Source of the DNA: Octopus sinensis
Taxonomy: Eukaryota
Assembly: GCF_006345805.1 (NCBI RefSeq)
Contig: NC_043014.1
Location: 45,446,001 to 45,510,000, forward strand
Length of the DNA: 64,000 nucleotides
Direction: 5' to 3'
Within the stretch, counting starts at the first letter, position 1. Each line of letters opens with the position of its first letter. The position numbers and the translations under genes are program-made. Shown here one piece after another: positions 37,747 to 49,050 of the stretch. The notes below the pieces were generated by a model. It was not told where the DNA came from. It saw only the letters and a list, made by a program, of their open reading frames with translations, and did no database searches.

Positions 37747-39198
37747 CTATAAAACCGCAGAGACAGCAGTGCCACTTACTCTGTGGATGTTGTGGCTATT
37801 AGGTGGTCTGCTTCTGTTGGGATCTTCAGGACCATTTAATTTTTGTTCCATGAAGGAAGATGTTTCACTCGACGTGTCATCAATATAGCGCAAGTCATCA
37901 ATACTTTCATACACAGGGTACTGAGTGTTGGAGGAATGCGTCTCTATGGAGCTTTGACTGCTGGAGCTGTTATTTTTGAGTATGCCTTTAGAATGGCACT
38001 TTGCAGACATCTGTGAGATTCGATTAAATTGAGTTCGGATTGGCGTTGTACTGGAATATGTGCTATTTGTTAGCCCAGGGGCCTTTGATGTCATCAGGGA
38101 AGTGACATCAGCATATCTCATCTCTGGTTCTCGGGTTGTTGAAGAACCATGAAGATTAAGTAAAGGAGAGTTACTGCTGTATTTTGGTTCAAATATTGGC
38201 GTGGAAATATCTGCAGGAGTAATCTTTGTAGTGGTATAGTTGCCCAAATTGGTTGTTAGAGGTTTTTGCATGATGAGAGGGCTTGAAAACGACACCATTG
38301 ATGAACTGCTATTGTTCTGAGCTGGTGAAGAACGTATGCTGGTTGCTGGGCTTTTGTACGTTGGGATTCTTTGAGCTGTAGCATAATGAGGTTGGGCATG
38401 CATTGCTATGTATTTTGGAGGATTAGAAGGGCTGTTGTTTAAATTATTCCTCTGTTGGCTGGTTTTGAGTGTTTTGTATGGTGATGATTGTGGAAAACGG
38501 TTTTCGGATGAGAAATGCGGATTGGTTAGGACTTTGCTGTAACAGGCTGTTGTTGTAGGTAACTCCTTAGTTTGAGAGGTACTTTGGACATAGATGTCTT
38601 CATCTGCTGGGTTTATTTCATCTGACAAATCCACATTGAATTGTGTTTCTGTAATTTGTGGAATGGGCATGAAGGTTGACTTACTCCGGCGGAAAGTATT
38701 TGGAGGATCCCGTGTAAAATCCGAAATGTCTCCAAGAAGCTTTTCTGAACTTTTATTTGTCTCTTCCTCCTCCTCTTCTTCCATTTCCTCATCATGACTG
38801 TCAGGTCGACTGAAATCAAAATGAAGTGTCTGACTGTTAGTCTTAGGTCTTGGCGGTTTGATGCCACAAGAGACCAACTCCAGGTCTTTGTCAATGGTCT
38901 TTTCTGATTTTGTGATTGCTGTTTTGCGTTCAACCTGCCGCGTTCCGAGTTTAGGAAAGCTGAAGGTTTTTGCTGACAATAGTGGCCGGTTCCATACCAG
39001 CCGTCTATTTTCATGGTAACGTTCCGATGACTTTAACAATCCAAAATTAGGCAAGCACGATGATCTTTTCGGAGACTGAAGTTTTAAGTCTTCCATGCAG
39101 CAGGGCATGGCGCATGGATGACCAGAGGCCTCATGGTGGCTCTTCTGAGGTGTCCGACAGCAGTGTGTTTGGTGATGGCTTTCTCCAGGTTTCTGATG
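37747..39198 (-). CDS. Large terminal coding exon of an unidentified gene (484 codons including stop; S/T/P/N-rich, likely disordered)
   Basis: The frame stays open 30 codons upstream of the ATG at 39108 (HQKPGESHHQTHCCRTPQKSHHEASGHPCA) to a pyrimidine-rich acceptor TGTATTTTTTAG whose TAG closes the frame. Stop TAG at 37747-37749. Non-repetitive sequence. Confidence 0.85.
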   Translation of the reverse strand, partial: HQKPGESHHQTHCCRTPQKSHHEASGHPCAMPCCMEDLKLQSPKRSSCLPNFGLLKSSERYHENRRLVWNRPLLSAKTFSFPKLGTRQVERKTAITKSEKTIDKDLELVSCGIKPPRPKTNSQTLHFDFSRPDSHDEEMEEEEEEETNKSSEKLLGDISDFTRDPPNTFRRSKSTFMPIPQITETQFNVDLSDEINPADEDIYVQSTSQTKELPTTTACYSKVLTNPHFSSENRFPQSSPYKTLKTSQQRNNLNNSPSNPPKYIAMHAQPHYATAQRIPTYKSPATSIRSSPAQNNSSSSMVSFSSPLIMQKPLTTNLGNYTTTKITPADISTPIFEPKYSSNSPLLNLHGSSTTREPEMRYADVTSLMTSKAPGLTNSTYSSTTPIRTQFNRISQMSAKCHSKGILKNNSSSSQSSIETHSSNTQYPVYESIDDLRYIDDTSSETSSFMEQKLNGPEDPNRSRPPNSHNIHRVSGTAVSAVL

Positions 39199-39309
39199 CT
39201 AAAAAATACAATAAACATAAGATTTAATGAATATAAGATTTAAAAGATTTTTCTTCAATTTTGTCTCAAAAAAAAAAACATGAAACACAAAATTAAAACA
39301 AACAAACAC

Positions 39310-39990
39310 AGGCATGGCTGTAGGATTAAGAAGTTTTTGTAACCACATGGGGTTTGATTCCACCTCCTCCAATACCCACCTCTCAAAGGATCTTCTGAGT
39401 TACTTGGTAACCCCACCAGTACTGGTGCCCTGTAAAAAGCATCCAGTCCACACTGTTAAATGGTTAGTGTTTGGAAGGGGCATCCAGCTGTAAAAACCAT
39501 GCCAAAGCCGACCTCACCTGTGCTGGTACCACATAAAAAGCACAGAGGCCACACTGTAAGGTGGTTGGCATTAGGAAGGGCATGCTAAAACAGACCTCAC
39601 CAGTGCTGGTACTATGTAAAAAGCATTCAGTTCACTCTGGAAGGGGGTTGGCATTAGGAAGGGCATTCAACCATAAAAACCCTGCTAAAAATAGACCTCA
39701 CAAGTGCTGGTGCCACCTTAAAAACATTCAATTCACTCTAGAAGGGGTTTGGCATTAGGAAGGGCATTCAACCATAAAAGCCATGCTAAAACAAGCCTCG
39801 CCAGTGCCGGTGCCATGTAAAAAGCACTCAGTTCATTCTGCAAGGTGTTTGGTATTAGGGCATCCTGCTGTAAAAATCATGCCAGAACAGACAGTGAAGC
39901 CTGGTGCAATCTTCTGGCTTGCCAGCTCCTATCAAACCGTCCCACCCATGCCAGCATGAAAAATGGATGTTGAATGATGATGATAATGTT
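39310..39990 (+). mobile_element. Old tRNA-headed SINE with RTE tail and internal tandem modules
   Basis: Family-A-like head at ~39310, repeated GGCATTAGGAAGGGCAT modules, (GAT)n tail. Confidence 0.65.
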
Positions 39991-40039
39991 GATGATGGTT
40001 TTGTGTGTGTATGAACATGCTTGTGTGTATTTCTATTAT

Positions 40040-40300
40040 CCAGTTCTTCAGAACCTTATACCCGCTCTGCCATTCTCACAACACCTTCAGCAATACGAAA
40101 AGCCACCCAACTGTAAAGAGCTTTGTTTCTTTCAGCAGATGCTGTGATGTTTGAGATATCACATATCACGTAGTATCAAGTATTATCTTGGCTGCTGTGG
40201 TCGTTCATGAAAGCATGAGGCCGCCTATTTCAACATTTGGTGTCTTTCTATCAATATCAAAGTTCTATCTACTGTAGCAGCATCAGTAGTTTAATATGTC
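40040..40300 (-). mobile_element. Decayed L2/CR1-type ORF2 C-terminal fragment
   Basis: Reads ...AAKIILDTT*YVISQTSQHLLKETKLFTVGWL... with multiple stops. Confidence 0.4.
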
Positions 40301-40475
40301 CGTTTCCCAATTGACCAGGATGTGTGTAAGCCGAGACATAGGCACACAGGTATGTGCACACACATGTATGCTGAACACACACACACACATACACATATAA
40401 CCACATGTGTGTATATATATATACAACCACCATCAAAGTAAAATATATAATGACCATTATTTATAGCTTGTCTTG

Positions 40476-40507
<32 letters not shown>

Positions 40508-40541
40508 CTATACAATAATATGTTACATTACTCGGTAGTCA

Positions 40542-40604
40542 AGATAAAACTCTGAGTTTCAGATGCCGAAGTGGAAATCCACAACACCATCTCTTCGGTT
40601 ATCT
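40542..40604 (-). ncRNA. Candidate hammerhead motif in the left PLE arm
   Basis: Mirror image of 41446-41508. Confidence 0.5.
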
Positions 40605-41445
40605 GGCTATTTGAAAACGCTATGAAAAATACCGTAAATAAAGGGAAATTACTGTGTTATAACTCTGCTTGCCTGCGTACTTATACATCGCTCGCATTTT
40701 TCGTCATAAAAATTATATAAAAATGCATAAAAAATATATAAAAATATATAAAAATATATAAATTCTTCTGGACATAACATAGAAAGCATGTTCTATCTGT
40801 TTTCTTTAGGGACCAAAAATGTAACAGAAATTTAGTCACATGTGGGCATGATCCGAAAAGCTCTGTCCTTGTATTTAGACATGTAGTAGGGTCTAAGCTG
40901 CTTTTCCAGATAAGCCATCTCTCCATGTCGCATAGACCGCACCTTCCGCTGCCGTTGGTATAGGGCTTACATTTGGCCAAAATCTTCCATTGTATGTTAT
41001 AATCGACACCTTTATCTCTTAAAGACCAAATATGATTAAATAAAGGTGTCGATTATAACATACAATGGAAGATTTTGGCCAAATGTAAACCCTATACCAA
41101 CGGCAGCGGAAGGTGCGGTCTATGCGACATGGAGAGATGGCTTATCTGGAAAAGCAGCTTAGACCCTACTACATGTCTAAATACAAGGACAGAGCTTTTC
41201 GGATCATGCCCACATGTGACTAAATTTCTGTTACGTTTTTGGTCCCCTAAAGAAAACAGATAGAACATGCTTTCTGTGTTATGTCCCAAGAAGAATTTAT
41301 ATATTTTTATATATTTTTTATGCATTTTTATATAATTTTTATGATGAAAAATGCGAGCGATGTATAAGTACGCAGGCAAGCAGAGTTATAACACAGTAAT
41401 TTCCCTTTATTTAACGGTATTTTTTCATAGCGTTTTCAAATAGCC

Positions 41446-41508
41446 AGATAACCGAAGAGATGGTGTTGTGGATTTCCACTTCGGCATCTGAAACTCAGAG
41501 TTTTATCT
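41446..41508 (+). ncRNA. Candidate hammerhead motif in the right PLE arm (U4C, extra U before G12)
   Basis: AGATAA-CCGAAGA-GATG...CATC-T-GAAAC-TC-A-GAG-TT-TTATCT: 6-bp stem I, long imperfect stem II, GUU triplet. Confidence 0.5.
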
Positions 41509-41621
41509 TGACTACCGAGTAATGTAACATATTATTGTATAGATAAATTTCCTCTATTTACATAATATTGAGGTCTCTTTCTTTCTTTTGTTATCTTACC
41601 GTTTTATCAATATATGTATAT

Positions 41622-41666
<45 letters not shown>

Positions 41667-41862
41667 TAAATAAGGATAATTTCGATATTATCAAGTGGCC
41701 AGCATGGGAAAAATATATACACACACACAAACATATGTGTATATCTATCTATCTCTCTATTTATCTCTCTCTCTCTATCTATCTATCCCCCCTCTCACCC
41801 TCTTTCTCTCTCTCCTCTCTCTCTCTCTCCCTTTATATATATATATATATATGCACAAACAG

Positions 41863-41895
<33 letters not shown>

Positions 41896-41900
<5 letters not shown>

Positions 41901-43022
41901 TCTGATCAGTAAGTATCCGGACTGTTACCATAGTAACGAAGATAAAGTACACAAAGTGAACCCGCTTGGCAAAGATTGACCATAGTCTCTGTTGTCCATG
42001 CACACTAAGTTTTAACGTTCTACCTCACTTCTGCTGTTTAGTGCAGCGTATGGAAGGAAGGTGTGTCGCATGTGGTCATTGCATTGACCATGACAAAGAA
42101 AGTTGTCATGGCGATAGCTGCTCAGAGGACTACGTAAAGTTGCAGAAAGTGTATGGAGAGGAGTGTATGAGCCACACACAAGTGTATGAGTGGTTCAGAC
42201 GTTTCCAAGGTGGCTGAAAAATGTTGATATTGATGAACATTCTGAGGGTCCTGAAACCAGCAGAACTGAGAAAAACATTGTGGATGTTCATGGAGCTGTG
42301 AGGGTAAATCATCAGTTCACCATTTATGAGTTATCAGATGATGTGCAGGTTAGTTATGGTTCAGTTCAGTCCATTATCACTGAAGATCTGGGTATGAGAT
42401 GTGTATCGGTCAAGTTTGTGCCAAAACAGCTTTCAGCTGACCAAAAGGACACTAGGATTTCAGTTGCACAAGATCTCCTTGATTGTGTCATGAATGATAA
42501 AACTGGCAGAATCGTTAGCTTGCCGGGTGAAATGCTTTGCGGTATTTCGTCTGCCGCTACATTCTAAGTTCAAATTCCGCTGAGGTCGACTTTGCCTTTC
42601 ATCCTTTTGGGGGTCGATAAATTAAGTACCAGTTACACACTGGGGTCGATGTAATCGACTTAATCCGTTTGTCTGTCCTTGTTTGTCCTCTCTGTGTTTA
42701 GCCCCTTGTGGGTAGTAAAGAAATAAGAATGATAAAACTTCTTGAAAACTTTGTATAGATGTCTGAGCAGGCATTGCCAAGCTTTTGGCAAAATTTGATG
42801 CAGATTCTCTGCTCGACTTTCTCTGTTGTGGTCAATGCAATGATCACATGCTACACACCTTCCTTCCAAGCACTGCTGTAAACGACGGCAGTGAACCAGA
42901 ACGTCAAAACTTAGTGTGCATGCACAACAGAGTTTAAGGTGAAGCTGTGCCAAATGGCTTTACTCTGTGTGCCTTAGTTTCATTCCTAGGGCAACAGTCC
43001 AGATACTTATTGATCAGAGCAC
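41896..43022 (+). mobile_element. Mariner-derived element (two transposase 5' ends in inverted orientation) with SINE B insertion
   Basis: TIRs TGATCAGTAAGTATCCGGACTGTT / AACAGTCCAGATACTTATTGATCA. Remnants VYEWFRRF and GMRCVSVKFVPKQL (mariner WVPHEL-like) on plus; EQRICIKFCQKLG on minus. Confidence 0.8.
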
Positions 43023-43069
43023 ACACACATATACATACATATATACACACACGCACACATATAAATGTG

Positions 43070-43105
<36 letters not shown>

Positions 43106-43240
43106 AAATAAGGATAATTTCGATATTATCAAGTGGCCAGCATGGGAAAAATATATACACACACACACAACATATGTGTATATCTATCTATCTCTCTATT
43201 TATCTCTCTCTCTCTCTATCTATCTATCCCCCCTCTCACC

Positions 43241-43271
<31 letters not shown>

Positions 43272-43341
43272 CCTTTATATATATATAATATATATGCACA
43301 AACAGATATGTATATATATATATATAATATATATATATATA

Positions 43342-44472
43342 TGAGATCTGATCAGTAAGTATCCGGACTGTTACCATAGTAACGAAGATAAAGTACACAA
43401 AGTGAACCCGCTTGGCAAAGATTGACCATAGTCTCTGTTGTCCATGCACACTAAGTTTTAACGTTCTACCTCACTTCTGCTGTTTAGTGCAGCGTATGGA
43501 AGGAAGGTGTGTCGCATGTGGTCATTGCATTGACCATGACAAAGAAAGTTGTCATGGCGATAGCTGCTCAGAGGACTACGTAAAGTTGCAGAAAGTGTAT
43601 GGAGAGGAGTGTATGAGCCCACACAAGTGTATGAGTGGTTCAGACGTTTCCAAGGTGGCTGAAAAATGTTGATATTGATGAACATTCTGAGGGTCCTGAA
43701 CCAGCAGAACTGAGAAAAACATTGTGGAATGTTCATGGAGCTGTGAGGGTAAATCATCAGTTCACCATTTATGAGTTATCAGATGATGTGCAGGTTAGTT
43801 ATGGTTCAGTTCAGTCCATTATCACTGAAGATCTGGGTATGAGATGTGTATCGGTCAAGTTTGTGCCAAAACAGCTTTCAGCTGACCAAAAGGACACTCA
43901 GATTTCAGTTGCACAAGACCTCCTTGATTGTGTCATGAATGATAAAACTGGCAGAATCGTTAGCTTGCCGGGTGAAATGCTTTGCGGTATTTCGTCTGCC
44001 GCGACATTCTAAGTTCAAATTCCGCTGAGGTCGACTTTGCCTTTCATCCTTTTGGGGGTCGATAAATTAAGTACCAGTTACACACTGGGGTCGATGTGAT
44101 CGACTTAATCCGTTTTGTCTGTCTGTCCTTGTTTGTCCTCTCTGTGTTTAGCCCCTTGTGGGTAGTAAAGAAATAAGAATGATAAAACTTCTTGAAAACT
44201 TTGTATAGATGTCTGAGCAGGCATTGCCAAGCTTTTGGCAAAATTTGATGCAGATTCTCTGCTCGACTTTCTCTGTTGTGGTCAATGCAATGATCACATG
44301 CTACACACCTTTCTTCCAAGCACTGCTGTAAACGACGGCAGTGAACCAGAACGTCAAAACTTAGTGTGCATGCACAACAGAGTTTAAGGTGAAGCTGTGC
44401 CAAATGGCTTTACTCTGTGTGCCTTAGTTTCATTCCTAGGGCAACAGTCCAGATACTTATTGATCAGAGCAC
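43342..44472 (+). mobile_element. Duplicate of the mariner-derived element
   Basis: Second unit of the tandem duplication. Confidence 0.8.
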
Positions 44473-44518
44473 ACACACATATACATACATATATACACAC
44501 ACGCACACATATAAATGT

Positions 44519-44551
<33 letters not shown>

Positions 44552-44559
44552 CATACATG

Positions 44560-44592
<33 letters not shown>

Positions 44593-44929
44593 GATGGATT
44601 TCTTTCAGTTTTCATCTATCAAATCTACTCTCAAGGCTTTGATTGGCCCCATGCAATACTAGAAGACACTTGCCTGAGGTGTCATGCAATGGGACTGAAC
44701 TTGGAACCATGTGGTTAGGAAGCAAGCTTCTTACCACACAGTCTGTGGTATCCTGGGGAGCCACTTTCAAGTGTCTTAAGTTGTTCATATTGACCCCGTC
44801 GCTTATTTCAGTCTGATGTTTTACCAAACTGTATTTATCAAATGGCTAAGTTATTATTTTTTTTTATATACACACATTTGTATTTTCTTATATCACAACA
44901 CCTACCTACCTACCTACCTACCTACCTAC

Positions 44930-45150
44930 CTATTTCTTTACTATCCACAAGGGGCCAAACACAGAAGGGACAAACAAGGACAGACAAATGGATTAAGTCG
45001 ATTACATTGACCCCAGTGCGTAACTGGTACTTAATTTATCGACCCCGAAAGGATAAAAGGTAAAGTCGACCTCGGTGGAATTTGAACTCAGAACGTAACG
45101 GCGGACGAAATACGGCTACGCATTTCGCCCGGCGTGCTAACGGTTCTGCC
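44930..45150 (-). mobile_element. SINE family B
   Basis: Full-length match. Confidence 0.85.
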
Positions 45151-45511
45151 AGCTCCTACCTACCTGCCTGCTACCACCCTACATACACATCTATCTACAT
45201 GCATACATATATTTATACATACATACACACACACAGATATTCATGAATATGCGGATAACCAACCACTCATAAATATCTGTACACACACATACACACACAT
45301 GCACACATCAACATACATAGGCATGTATGTATGAATGTATACATTCAACTATATGAGCATGAATATTCATACAAATATAAATGCATACATGCATACAACC
45401 ACCATACATCCATATGTATATTAATGAATGTAAGAACCTGCATACACACTCATACACACACTCACACACACACACACACACACACTCATATGCACACTCA
45501 TACACACACTT

Positions 45512-45543
<32 letters not shown>

Positions 45544-45699
45544 TCTCACACACTCATACACACACACACTCATACACACACAGACACACACACACTCATA
45601 CACAGACACACACACTTACACACACACTCACACACACACACACACTCACACACACACACACACACTCTCTCTCTCACACACTCAGACACACACACTCGC

Positions 45700-46070
45700 A
45701 GACACACACAATGTGGTATGGATCAGAGAGAAAGGAAGATAATGCATTAAAAACAATATGATTCCAAGCTTGAGCAAGTTCTCCTACGCAGCCAAGCCTT
45801 TTGGTCAAGAGAAGAAGGAGGAGTTATTTAGTGACAAAAGGATATATATAACCGCTCTGATACGAAAGTTATGCTTCAGTTGTTTCGTGTTTTAAAGCGA
45901 TTCTTTGTGTTTCTTAGTTTTGAGAGGGCAGTGAACCATAAGCCTTCTGAACGAAGGAGAAACAGCTGAAAGGATAATGGCTGCCCGCTCAAGTTTTGAG
46001 CTGAAGTACTCTGCTTGGCTTTACCCTTCAGTATTCAGATTACTTTGTCGAATATATGAGTTATTTTTCC
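45700..46070 (+). mobile_element. Possible decayed PLE 3' end with hammerhead remnant
   Basis: ...CIKNNMIPSLS resembles the PLE endonuclease end. Hairpin CCTTC/GAAGG followed by GAAACAGCTG lies inside a GAGAGGGCAG/CTGCCCGCTC stem. Confidence 0.3.
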
Positions 46071-46460
46071 CTTTGGTGGAGGCGCAATGGCCCAGTGGTC
46101 ACTGACTCTTAATTGTTTCCAAGCAAGGTAATACTCACCCTAGTCCTTTGAACACAAACAACAGTGGAGGCGCAATGGCCCAGACCGGGCGTTGTGTGTG
46201 TTTATTGAGCGAAAACACCTAAAGCTCCACGAGGCTCCGTCAGGGGATGGTGGTGATCCCTGCTGTACTCTTTCACCACAGCTTTCTCTCACACTTACTT
46301 CCTGTTTCTGTTGTACCTGTATTTCAAAGGGCCGGCCTTGTCACTCTCTGTGTCACGCTGAATATCCCCGAGAACTACATTAAGGGTACACGTTAATTTC
46401 ACGAGCAGGCTGTTCCGTTGATTCGGATCAACCGGAACCCCCATCGTCGTAACCGACGAA
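46070..46460 (+). mobile_element. SINE family D (tRNA-derived head GGAGGCGCAATGGCCCAG)
   Basis: Matches 52676-53120. Confidence 0.7.
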
Positions 46461-46479
46461 GTGCTTCCCCTATTTTTCC

Positions 46480-46925
46480 TTTATCTTTTACTTGTGTTTG
46501 TCCTTTGACTGTGGCCATGCTGGGGCACCGCCTTGAGGAATCTTTGGTTGAATGAATTGGACCCCAGAATTTATTTTTAAGCCTAGTACTTATTCTATCG
46601 GTGTCTTTTGCTGAACTGCTAAGTTATGGAGATGTAATCACACCACTATCAGTTGTCAAGCAGTGGTGGGGGACAAACACGTACAGAGACACAGGCAGAC
46701 ACACACACGCACACGCACATGCACACACACATACATACACACGCGCACACACACGCACACACACATACACACGATGGGCTTCTTTCAGTTTCTGTCTACC
46801 AAATCCACTCACAATGCTTTAGCTGGCCCGAGGCTTTAGTAGAAGACAGTTACCCAAGGTACCATGCACTGGGACTGAACCTGGAACCATGTGGATGGGA
46901 AGCAAGCTTCATACCACACACCCAT
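46480..46925 (-). mobile_element. SINE family A (diverged)
   Basis: Head and tail match family A. Confidence 0.8.
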
Positions 46926-47205
46926 ACCAGGGTCATATTTATTCACATTTTATAAAATGAATCCTGTATTATCTCATAACCTTGAGATTTTGAAGATGTG
47001 ATTGTTTATTTTTAGAATAACATTGCAGGGCAGTTGTCAGAGGTTGGATCTGGCCAGTTTGAACAAAGAACAGGCAAAATACTTGGGCCAGATATGGTCA
47101 GTTTCAATGCTAAAGGGATAATTCACTTAACATTTCTTTCTACGGTCAGTAGTTTTGAGGGGAGGGGGTCTAGTCAATGATGTGAACCCCAGTAAAAGGC
47201 GGTGA

Positions 47206-47428
47206 GCTGGCAGAAACGTTAGCACGCCGGGCGAAATGCTTAACGGTATTTCGTCTGCGTTACGTTGTGAGTTCAAATTCCGCCGAGGTCGACTTTGCCT
47301 TTCATCCTTTCGGGGTCGATAAATTAAGTACCAGTTACACACTGGGGTCGATGTAATCGACTTAATACCTATGTCTGTCCTTGTTTGTCCCCTCTGTGTT
47401 TAGCCCCTTGTGGGTAATAAAGAAACAG
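47206..47428 (+). mobile_element. SINE family B
   Basis: Full-length match. Confidence 0.85.
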
Positions 47429-47889
47429 ATATGAACCCCAGTACTTCACTGGGACTTATTTTATAGAACCTGCAAGCATGAAAGGAATAGTCACCCTCAG
47501 CAGAATTTGAGCTATGTGAAGCCAGAAGAAATGCTGCCAAGCATATTGTCTGTCATGCTAACAATTCTGGCAGCTTGCAGCCTTCTTAATTCACCAAATA
47601 TTTTCAGCATTTCAATGACGATCCTTGGTAGACCTAATGACTTCCTTGCTGTCATCTTCTTCAACTGTTGAATTACCAACATTTTGTGGCTGGTCTCTCT
47701 CTCTTGTGGACTTCGTGGGGTAAAACCTCTCCCATGCATTCTCATTGTAACCGGATGTGAGGTCCCCACACTGAAAGGGTGCAGCTCGCATCCTTTACAT
47801 TAAATATCAATCGAAGGAAAGAGTCAAGACTTCTGATTAACTTCAACAGTGTAAATATATATTTTTGGATTCGCAATATATATATATAC

Positions 47890-48180
47890 ATTCTTCTTTC
47901 TGGGCGAATCGGCAGCCTAGGAGCTTATCGCAATAGTCAAGTGGAATGAGCCAAATCTTGTCCGTTCAAGCATAGCGAATATACGCCACTAGGCAGCTTG
48001 AGAGAGCTGACAAAACACGACTGTCTTGTTCAGCTGCTGGCGTTCGAGAGAACGATGCGAGGGAATTTCGCTGCTGCTAGTTTCCTGCGCATGAGGGAAC
48101 TTCCAGCAGGCCTCCCGGAGGAATCCAACTCTGCGTATTCGTGTTGGAGATTTCTAAGATGGCGTCCTACATTGTCATTC
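47890..48180. promoter_or_regulatory. CpG-rich non-repetitive segment, possible promoter
   Basis: Locally dense CpG, YY1-type AAGATGGCG at ~48156, TGCGCATG at ~48086, and no convincing ORF in six frames. Confidence 0.3.
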
Positions 48181-48329
48181 TACAGTTTCTTGTAATTTCC
48201 TAATATCTCTTTCTTTTCAGCGCCAGTAAGGTCTCATGCACTATCAGTCCATAGACACTTTTCATCAAATGACATCTTGATTCACATTACTTTTATCATT
48301 ATCATCACCATTGTTTAACATTTGGTTTT

Positions 48330-49050
48330 CTTATTTCTTTACTACCCACAAGGGGCTACACACAGAGGGGACAAACAAGAACAGACAAACGGATTAAGTC
48401 AATTATATTGACCCCAGTGCGTAACTAGTAATTATTTAATTGACCCCGAAAGGATGAAAGGCAAAGTCGACCTCGGCGGAATTTGAACTCAGAACGTAAC
48501 GGCAGACAAAATACTTATTTCTTTACTACCCACAAGAGGCTACACACAGAGGGGACAAACAAGAACAGACAAACGGATTAAGTCAATTATATTGACCCCA
48601 GTGCGTAACTAGTAATTATTTAATCGACCCCGAAAGGATAAAAGGCAAAGTTGACCACAGCGGAATTTGAACTCAGAATGTAGCAGCAGACAAAATACTT
48701 ATTTCTTTACTTCCCACAAGGGGCTAAACACAGAGGGGACAAACAAGGACAGACAAACGAATTAAGTCGATTACATCCACCCCAGAATTTGAACTCAGAA
48801 CGTAGCAGCAGACGAAATTCCTATTTCTTTACTACCCACAAGGGGCTACACACAGAGGGGACAAACAAGGACAGACAAAGGGATTAAGTCGATTACATCG
48901 ACCCCAGTGTGTAACTGGTATTTATTTAATCGACCTCAAAAGGATGAAAGGCAAAGTCGACCTCGGCAGAATTTGAACTCAGAACATAGTGGCAGACAAA
49001 ATACTGCTAAGCATTTCGCCCAGCCTGCTAATGTTTCTGCCAGCTTTTCT
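48330..49050 (-). mobile_element. SINE family B concatemer (one head, four bodies)
   Basis: TATTTCTTTACT at 48332, 48516, 48700 and 48822: spacing 184, 184, 122 (one body has a deletion). Confidence 0.85.

Larger units (their letters stand above)
40505..41545. mobile_element. Penelope-like element 3' ends in head-to-head inverted repeat (~510-bp arms, 24-bp spacer)
   Basis: Arms encode a GIY-YIG C-terminus NHIWSLRDKGVDYNIQWKILAKCKPYTNGSGRCGLCDMERWLIW...LNTRTELFGSCPHVTKFLL. Arms are 40505-41015 and 41040-41545. Confidence 0.85.
41620..44520 (+). repeat. ~1.45-kb direct tandem duplication
   Basis: 41620-43070 is repeated at ~43071-44520 with a few substitutions and 1-bp indels. Confidence 0.9.

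Noticed and set aside
40040-40320. Frame in which TGA read as Trp looked like a mitochondrial insertion or gene exon
   Set aside because: It also contains TAG stops, resembles no mitochondrial protein I recognise, and better fits a decayed L2/CR1 C-terminus.
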